DNA of 63,861 bases, counting the filler, from Licmophora abbreviata (Eukaryota): the NCBI GenBank assembly GCA_900291995.1. It is 16 parts of 16 records of this genome, joined end to end, with 100 filler letters (N's around TTAATTAATTAA, not from the genome) between each part and the next. Parts side by side here need not be neighbours in the genome. Positions count along the whole stretch, not along the records: positions 54,361 to 59,231 come from OLMU01001599.1; positions 59,332 to 60,998 come from OLMU01001600.1; positions 61,099 to 63,861 come from OLMU01001603.1; 13 more parts are not named here. The stretch is one strand, 5' to 3'. How positions within the stretch are numbered: position 1 is the stretch's first letter; each line of letters opens with the position of its first letter. A program made the position numbers and the translations under genes. Below are positions 57,109 through 63,861 of this stretch, piece by piece. The notes beneath the pieces are model-generated. The model was not told where the DNA came from. It saw only the letters and a list, made by a program, of their open reading frames with translations, and searched no databases.

Positions 57109-58184
57109 CTACTTGTCAAACGGTGGTTTCTGGCACACAATCTGGTACGACGTGGTAGCAATGCGAAGTTCATCGGCAGCAACGAATGCTTCGGCATCTT
57201 CCTTCAATCGCCTCAGCATGGTCATGAAACGCGTGGGAAGCACCAAACGAGCAAAGACACGGACCCACGAGTAGTGGCGGCGCTCCGAGTTGATGAGCGG
57301 TCCCTGATGACCACCAATGGAGGCATCTTCGGACAACAACACCTTGAATCCGGCCTTCTTCATGGCATCTTCAATGAGCGAGTAGTGGACAGTGTCGACG
57401 GCACCAATAAAAGGCATGGTGCGCCTCACGTAGTCAACGTGCTGCTCATTTTTGGGGTCGTAGTTATCCAGCAAAACCCAGTCTAGGTAGGAGAACTTGG
57501 CGCCAGGTTTGAGGACACGGTAGATCTCCTTAAAGACGGCCACTCGATCCTTGGCGTACGTAAAAGCCTGAACCTGATAGGAAGCGTCAAAGGATTCGTT
57601 GGGGAAGGGGAGTGGATCATTCAAGGATCCCTGAATGAATTTCGTCTGGTCCTGGAGCTTGACACGCTTGGAATAGTACTGAGCGTTGGCAATCTGGGAG
57701 GGATCAATGTTGATGCCCGTCACGTGCGCACCCGTGGCCGAGCAGTGTGCATGGCAACGCGGCCACGACCGCAACCAATATCCAGCACTTTTTTGTTTTC
57801 GATTTCCTCCATGGCTCCAATGTCTTCCATCATTTTGATTTCGTAGAGCTCCTGGTTGCGCGTGAGACCGACGTTGGGGTCGCGGAGGGGAGGAATGTAC
57901 ATCTTCTCGACGTTGCCGAGTGCACAGAGGTGGTTGATGACGCGGTAGTAATCGACAATATGAGACTCGTTCTTGCCGTTGTCGTTGCTCCAGTCCCCGT
58001 CAAAGAGCTTGTAGCTCGAAATGTAGGAGTCAATGTCCTTCTCGCCAATAGTAGCCAGTGAGTAAAGAGCGACTGCGCGAGTTCGGATGCGGTACGTGTC
58101 GATACCGACGAGGCCCAGGGCATAGTCCACCGACGAACCAATCATGGAAGTCAGACTTCCGATGGTAGACACGACAATCGACAT
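57109..58184 (-). CDS. Sterol 24-C-methyltransferase-like SAM methyltransferase; frameshift near 57738
   Basis: VLDIGCGRGRVA in one frame; ATGAHVTGINID, PLPFPNESFD and EIYRVLKPG in the other. Start uncertain. Confidence 0.78.
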
Positions 58185-58562
58185 GCTTCCAATTGCTATT
58201 CCAAACAGAGCCAAAGCAAGAGCGTGCGCGTAGTCAAGAGCACACACAACTACTGCGGCACCTCTCGGGGTCTTGTAAAACGATGGCGATGGGGAACTTC
58301 CAAGGCTTTCTCGGCCAATTGCGTTCTCGTGTGTGGTGTGGTCGTCGTCATCGCGCGCGAAGGACACGTCGGATGAGAGAAAGATAGCATAGCTTGGAGC
58401 TCGTCATGACCAATACTCTCATCTATTCGATTGTTGTTGCTCCGGTCTATATCAAAGTCGTACCTGGAACAGGAGACCACGAACTCGCGAAGCACCATGA
58501 TAACAGTACAGCAGGAAAGGATCAACACAACAAGTATTAGTTTCCTTGAGTACAAATGATGC

Positions 58563-60639
58563 TTATCGCTTTCTACGTCCTCGTTTCGGACCTCCTGCGA
58601 CACCGAGATGAGCCGTACTCCGGGCCCCGCCTCCATCGGCTTGCTCGCCCTTACGTGCCGCAACATCCAGCTTGGCAGCATCCCTATCCGATCCTCCACC
58701 TTGATGCCCCTTGTTTTGATGACGTTGACGCCTTCTTCGGTTGTAGCTTCGCTCGTGCTTGGGAATCCATCGCTCCGGATCAGGATGTGAAGGACGGCCC
58801 GGATTGTACTTGCCCTCGGAAATGAGTTTGTTCAAGTACGCGTCTTTCTTAACTGCACGTCTGCGTAGGACGGCATCATGACTCTTTTTCTTTTGCTTGC
58901 CATCGTCCGTCAAGTTTGATTTCGGTAACACTACCGAAGACGTCGCCTTACGCGACCGACGCGGCAGTTCCAATTCCTCCAACTGCGCCCCGTCTAGTTC
59001 CTCCGCCAAGTCATTTTCTTCGTCGCCAATATCCAGCTCCTCCCAGACCTTCTGAGCTCGCTCAGGATCAATGTACGACAGCGCTTCGACCAAGCGTACC
59101 TTATCGCCACCCGATTCCTCGCACAACTTGGCGGCCGCTTCGTAGTCACCCTGCGACATGTAAAAGTCCACCATGGCACCCTCCTGCGCTTGCAGCAATG
59201 CGGTCGCTTCCTTGTGATTTCCAACTTCTTGNNNNNNNNNNNNNNNNNNNNNNNNNNNNNNNNNNNNNNNNNNNNTTAATTAATTAANNNNNNNNNNNNN
59301 NNNNNNNNNNNNNNNNNNNNNNNNNNNNNNNCGCCAGCGTTGCCACCACCGCGTTGCGATTCTGAATCGAAGCGGGAAGCTCCTGTAAGACCTCAATCAT
59401 GCCAGTGGGACTATCCAGCCGTTCCTCCAAGTTCGCCAAATGCAACAGTACATGTGCTAGAGCATGATCCACTGCAGGCGACGCCGGAACTTCTTGCAAG
59501 TGCGTTCGTTCCTCTTGCAAGAGCTTCACCGCCTTGTCGGGATGTTGGAGTGCATGAGCCTGCAAGACCGCCACGTGCGCTTTCCACCACGCCTCATCGT
59601 TCGCGTTGGAATAAGGAGGCAGTCCGGCCTTATTGTCCTTCGTGCGAGACGATGAAGAGAAGGCTTGACATGTGCGAAGGCATTCCGAGTGCTGATTTTG
59701 ACGCAACTGAAGTATCGCCCTGTTGTAGTGGTACAGACGCTGTTGCAAGGCCGTCCAGGTGGGGTCGAATGGAGGAAGGCCGTTCAGTGATGAGTTTGCC
59801 AAGGCGCGGTTTACCTTTTGTACCGCTTGTAAGGCTGATACATTTGAATCGATTTTATCGTCCTCTTGAGTCTTCCCCCGCCATTGACGACTCCATGACT
59901 TGACATGATAGCGGATGGGCGCCACTTCGGATGCAATCTCAGTAGCGTCGAGTCCATCTTGTTCGAGTGAAGAGGCACATGTACGCTCAGCCTTTTCCAG
60001 CAATGATAGTCCTGCGGCTGAGTTTTGAGACGTGATAAGCTGGTAGGATCCCATGTTGTACAGCAAATCATGTCCTTGCTCATCGTCCTTCCACTCGTCA
60101 ACAGAAATGCCGTCGGGAAGGCCTCCTGTTTCCAAATACGGAGTCGCTCTTGCTAATTCCACCGCCACAGCATTCACCATGGTCTGCAATCGCTCTTCTG
60201 GGTTTCCATCCTCTTGTTGCAACAGACTGGAATAAAGCTCCGAGGCATTGGGTTCGTGCAACCGATACCGACACTGCGCCTCAATGTGCGCACCCGATTC
60301 GCTTTGTACTACTTCCCGACGTGCTTGTTCATAGCGATGCATACGGTAGTGTGCATACGCTAGGAGTGTCTGCAACAGTTCTTCGTCCTCCGCGAAGGCC
60401 TCCTTTTGCTCCTTGCAGAGAGCAAGGACCTCGTCGTAATGCTCCAGTTGGAGTTCACACTTGCAGTGGATTTCGACGACTGTGCGTTTGACATGCATCG
60501 GAAGTACTTGAGGATCGTCGGTATCGTACATATCCCGACACGTCGTGACAGCATCCTCGTAGTCGCCATCTTGGAGACACTCGGCTAGCTGTTCCAGGAG
60601 TGCGGTCCACGACGAGTCATCAGCAGCAGGGGCACTCAT
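58563..60639 (-). CDS. SRP72: Signal recognition particle subunit SRP72; spans a gap
   Basis: TPR-like N-terminal part and the C-terminal RNA-binding signature PDPERWIPKHERS..HQG. Confidence 0.9.
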
Positions 60640-61098
60640 GTTTGCAATGTTCGAAAGTGATTTTTAAAAAATAATGGACGAAACAATCTAGAACGATGCG
60701 AGATAGTCAGTCCTATCCAAACTAGAAAGAAATGTATGCAAAGAGACGCTGGCAACTCAACAAAACTCACAGACCTTGTCGATAGACGACAACGGGGCAT
60801 GAGATCGTCTCCACCACACAAAACGAAAGTGAGGCTGACGGCACAGACGGACTGAAGCAGACGGATGGCGCGCCAAAAAATCAGATGCGTCCGACGAGAA
60901 CTGTCCTCAAAAAGAGTGACACGCGATGACACAACGACCCGCTCTCACTTGCTTCCCCTCGCTCGCTCGTCCATTGGAGACGCACTTCCTCTCTCCCTNN
61001 NNNNNNNNNNNNNNNNNNNNNNNNNNNNNNNNNNNNNNNNNNTTAATTAATTAANNNNNNNNNNNNNNNNNNNNNNNNNNNNNNNNNNNNNNNNNNNN

Positions 61099-61520
61099 GA
61101 CCGTGGAATGTCGTGTTGTCCCGTCAGCTTCTCAATCGCGTGTTGAATTTGCTCGACACTGCTCGTGATACCCACCCGATCATCTCTACTTCCCACTCCG
61201 ATCGGCCAATCGTAGAGATCGAACCAGCCTGGCATTTCCGCCCCACCATTGATGGTAATGGCTGTTGTGGGGGCGGGCGGGAAGACAAATTGCAATTGCT
61301 TCAAGCGGGGCTTGAGCTGTGGAAGAGAAAACTGGATCTGGCTCCACCCAGCTGGAGTGTCGCCCAGGCCGTGCAGAAATATCAAGGCGGCTGGACCCGA
61401 CTTGCTGCATTGCTGTGATGTGGAGAGCGCAGCTGCCATCTTCGCACCAGCGTTGGAAGATGATGACGCCATTATCGTGAGTATAAAAAGGAGCACCGCC
61501 AGAGTAGTCGAAAATGCCAT
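61099..61520 (-). CDS. Acyl-protein thioesterase / phospholipase-carboxylesterase, N-terminal fragment
   Basis: IFLHGLGDT, FPPAP...ITINGG..MPGWFD. Truncated by a gap. Confidence 0.88.
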
Positions 61521-61831
61521 GTATTTGATAAGTTTACTGCTCCTAATGGGGGACGATAGCCTAGCCAGCATTCAGAACAACAGCAATAGAGTAGATACAA
61601 CCCTATGCTGAGACAATGATGATGCAGCGCATGGCCTATGTGATGTGTGTGTATGATGATTGCAATGATTGTTGCAGTCTTTCATGGTTTGAGGTTTGCC
61701 CTTTTGTGTGTGGTCAACGCGCAGTCTGCTCGCGGTACGCGCGCACGATGAGCAAAATGATGAAAAGTTCAGTATAAGAAAGATCGGCGACGACAGCACA
61801 AAAGCCGTTCTTGCTTTCCCAACCTCTAGCC

Positions 61832-62998
61832 ATGCCAAACCTTCCTTGGTGTTCCGCTCTTCTGTGGACATGGAGTCTGGGGACGCCGATCGTGTCTAGC
61901 TTTCTCCCGGCTCAAAGTGTCGCACATTCGACAACATCCATCACATCATCGACAACACAACTGTCGGCATCAGGAGGCAAGCTCTCTCCACTCCCTGCCG
62001 GCATTTCTCCTTTCGAGAAATCCAACATCAAGAATCTCGACACTCAGAATGACTTGCGCAAACGCTGTCTGGGTGCCTTGAAGACTGCTCAAAAGGACGG
62101 AAGGCGACTGTTGGAGGTAGACTTTCCACCCCTCCTTGCCGATGGAAAGACGCAATTTGACGACTTTGACAATGTCCAGGAACTCAATAAGAATCGAGAC
62201 TGGTGTGTTGAACTACTTCCAATGCTGCAATCTAGTACAAGCAACAATAATGTGTGGTTTCTTCTACCAGATTTGAAGGAAGTGCAGCTTTGCAAGCAAG
62301 AGTGGACGGGTGGGAAATATCGACAGGCTGCCACGTACTCGTCGATTGAAGCGGTGACGGAAGAGTACACGCAAGGGGACTTTGTCAAGCCGTGGGGTGC
62401 AAGGTTTGCAAGTGGAATGGAAAATATTTTTCAGAATCAAATGCTAGGCGACCAGGGTGCCTTGGATGACTTGTCGCAAGTCCGACCGCCGTCATTGCAC
62501 GTTGTATGTCAACCGGGCAATGGCGGGCCCGTCGAAGACTGGATCAATTGTGAAAAACTGCACAACTCGTGTCCAAACAGCGACGTCACCACCATGGTTG
62601 TCAACGGTGCCTTGGACAAGGTCCGGGACGGGTACTATCCGGCGGTCTTCTTTCCAGCTCTGGCGGCGACGGTGGATCGATTCTATCGAGATTTCGAACC
62701 GCTTCTCATACTCAAACCTATTTCTGACAAGGGGGTGTATGGTTGGTTGTGGCGCACCTACCCGGAGGTAAGTAACGTTTGTGTCTGCCAAGAATGTTTA
62801 TACTTAACGTAACTGATTCGTGTATGTGTTTGTGCGATCATTCTACAGCCTTGGCAAGTGGTACTACAGACGGTCAAGACTGATCGAAACGACCGTCAGT
62901 ACGTGGAGGATACCGTTGTATATACGTCAGAAGAGAGACCTTCCTTTTCAGTGGCTGTTCAGAAACTGCTAGAGGGTTCAACCACAGTGGCAAGGTAA
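61832..62998 (+). CDS. Plastid-targeted DUF1995 (LPA3-like) protein (2 exons)
   Basis: Signal + SS-FLP + Ser/Thr transit peptide, LLEVDFPPL, VNGALDKVRDGYYP and GWLWRTYPE|PWQV via intron 62768-62848. Confidence 0.85.
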
Positions 62999-63861
62999 CT
63001 TGAGTTCGAACTTCTTCGACAACAATCAACGAACCAGAGGGCGAGGCTAAGCTGAAACCGGTAGGGGCTGATAATACCCAAAACGGGACTACTCGAGCTC
63101 CACTGCTCGTTCTAAATACAGCTCGATCACATATTTCTGAGGGTGTTCGTATGTGGCGCACCTTCGAGCAATTTTGTTAATACTCGGCCGTTAGGTGAAA
63201 CATGATCACGCCCGTCGGCAAAGTGACTCCTTTTATTGCGCCATAGTGATATTATAGACATATTAAAGGCGGAAGGTTTTAATGATGATTTGTTCAACAC
63301 CAAAATTTAGAAAACATTCGGCACTTCGCGCCCGCGACTTGAGATGCCATACATGTTCCCATGCGTTGGAAGACGAGGTGCGGCGACTTGACAGTTGACC
63401 GTGTTCATTTGAGCCAACACAAGGTCATCTACTAACTATCATACGAAAGCAGACTGAATCCCATCGAACCGAACGGTGCTCGAGACGAATACATCCACCG
63501 CCGGCATCAGGACACTGTGAACATCACAGATATTCTAATCCCACTGTTCCCGTAGGGTCTTACGACTCGCGGTGTCACTTCGGACAACAACTTTCGTTCT
63601 GTGCGCGAGACGAGAGGAGAGTTGCGAGACCACTGTGACAGGGTGACCAACTTAGAAGACCCACTGCATGCCGTTCAATCTCTCTTCGTTGACAGCTGCG
63701 TTCGCCCCTGGCTCGACAAGAATGCCTGCAGCTTCGATCTCACCAAAAATGTCCACAAATCCACTTCTCGGAGCGGTTGAGGTCCTACCGGTACGTTCTA
63801 GGGGCCTTACTCTGGAAGAGAGTCGTGGCGCCTCTCTATTCCTGTGCACTCACGCCACCAT

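Larger units (their letters stand above)
9247..61098. other. Fifteen artificial 100-nt scaffold linkers (44N-TTAATTAATTAA-44N)
   Basis: Linkers start at 9247, 10702, 12074, 14589, 16209, 18330, 27703, 40234, 43766, 45202, 48038, 49142, 54261, 59232 and 60999. The core has stop codons in all six frames. Confidence 0.98.

Noticed and set aside
9247..61098. Regularly recurring TTAATTAATTAA as a CRISPR-like or dispersed repeat
   Set aside because: Always centred in exactly 44+44 Ns, so it is an artificial six-frame-stop scaffold linker.
52220..61520. Possible lipid or sterol metabolic gene cluster (ABHD, ALDH, SMT, thioesterase)
   Set aside because: Interleaved with SRP72 and an amino-acid transporter, with no core biosynthetic enzyme or coherent pathway.
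63300..63861. Possible partial gene at the window end
   Set aside because: Frames checked are short or stop-interrupted and lack motifs, so no call can be supported.

Overview
Gene-dense eukaryotic nuclear scaffold, most consistent with a diatom or related stramenopile. Support: short GT-AG introns, signal-plus-Phe plastid-type leaders, a silaffin/extensin-like protein and a helicase-associated-repeat protein. It is a draft assembly broken by 15 identical 100-nt linkers (44 N + TTAATTAATTAA + 44 N), and five genes carry single-base frameshifts that are probably sequencing errors. About 35 protein-coding genes can be supported, mostly housekeeping: cytochrome b5 reductase, thioredoxin, ALIX/Bro1, OSCA, SERCA, VAMP7-like SNARE, exportin-T, ChrA, ABHD4/5, ALDH, amino-acid transporter, sterol methyltransferase, SRP72 and a DUF1995 protein. 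No rRNA, tRNA, CRISPR or recognisable mobile element was seen. Highlights: (1) a spliced SelW/Rdx selenoprotein (C-G-G-UGA) with a candidate SECIS hairpin, only partly visible in the ORF track; (2) an alpha-kinase fused to vWA, a Zn finger and an N-terminal DUF4258/RelE-like small domain; (3) a secreted RXL/KxxK/Pro-repeat candidate biosilica or adhesive protein; (4) a recurrent ubiquitin-tail-like (L/V/M)RGG motif after N-terminal leaders in four unrelated genes. All assignments are by motif recognition; no database searches were run.
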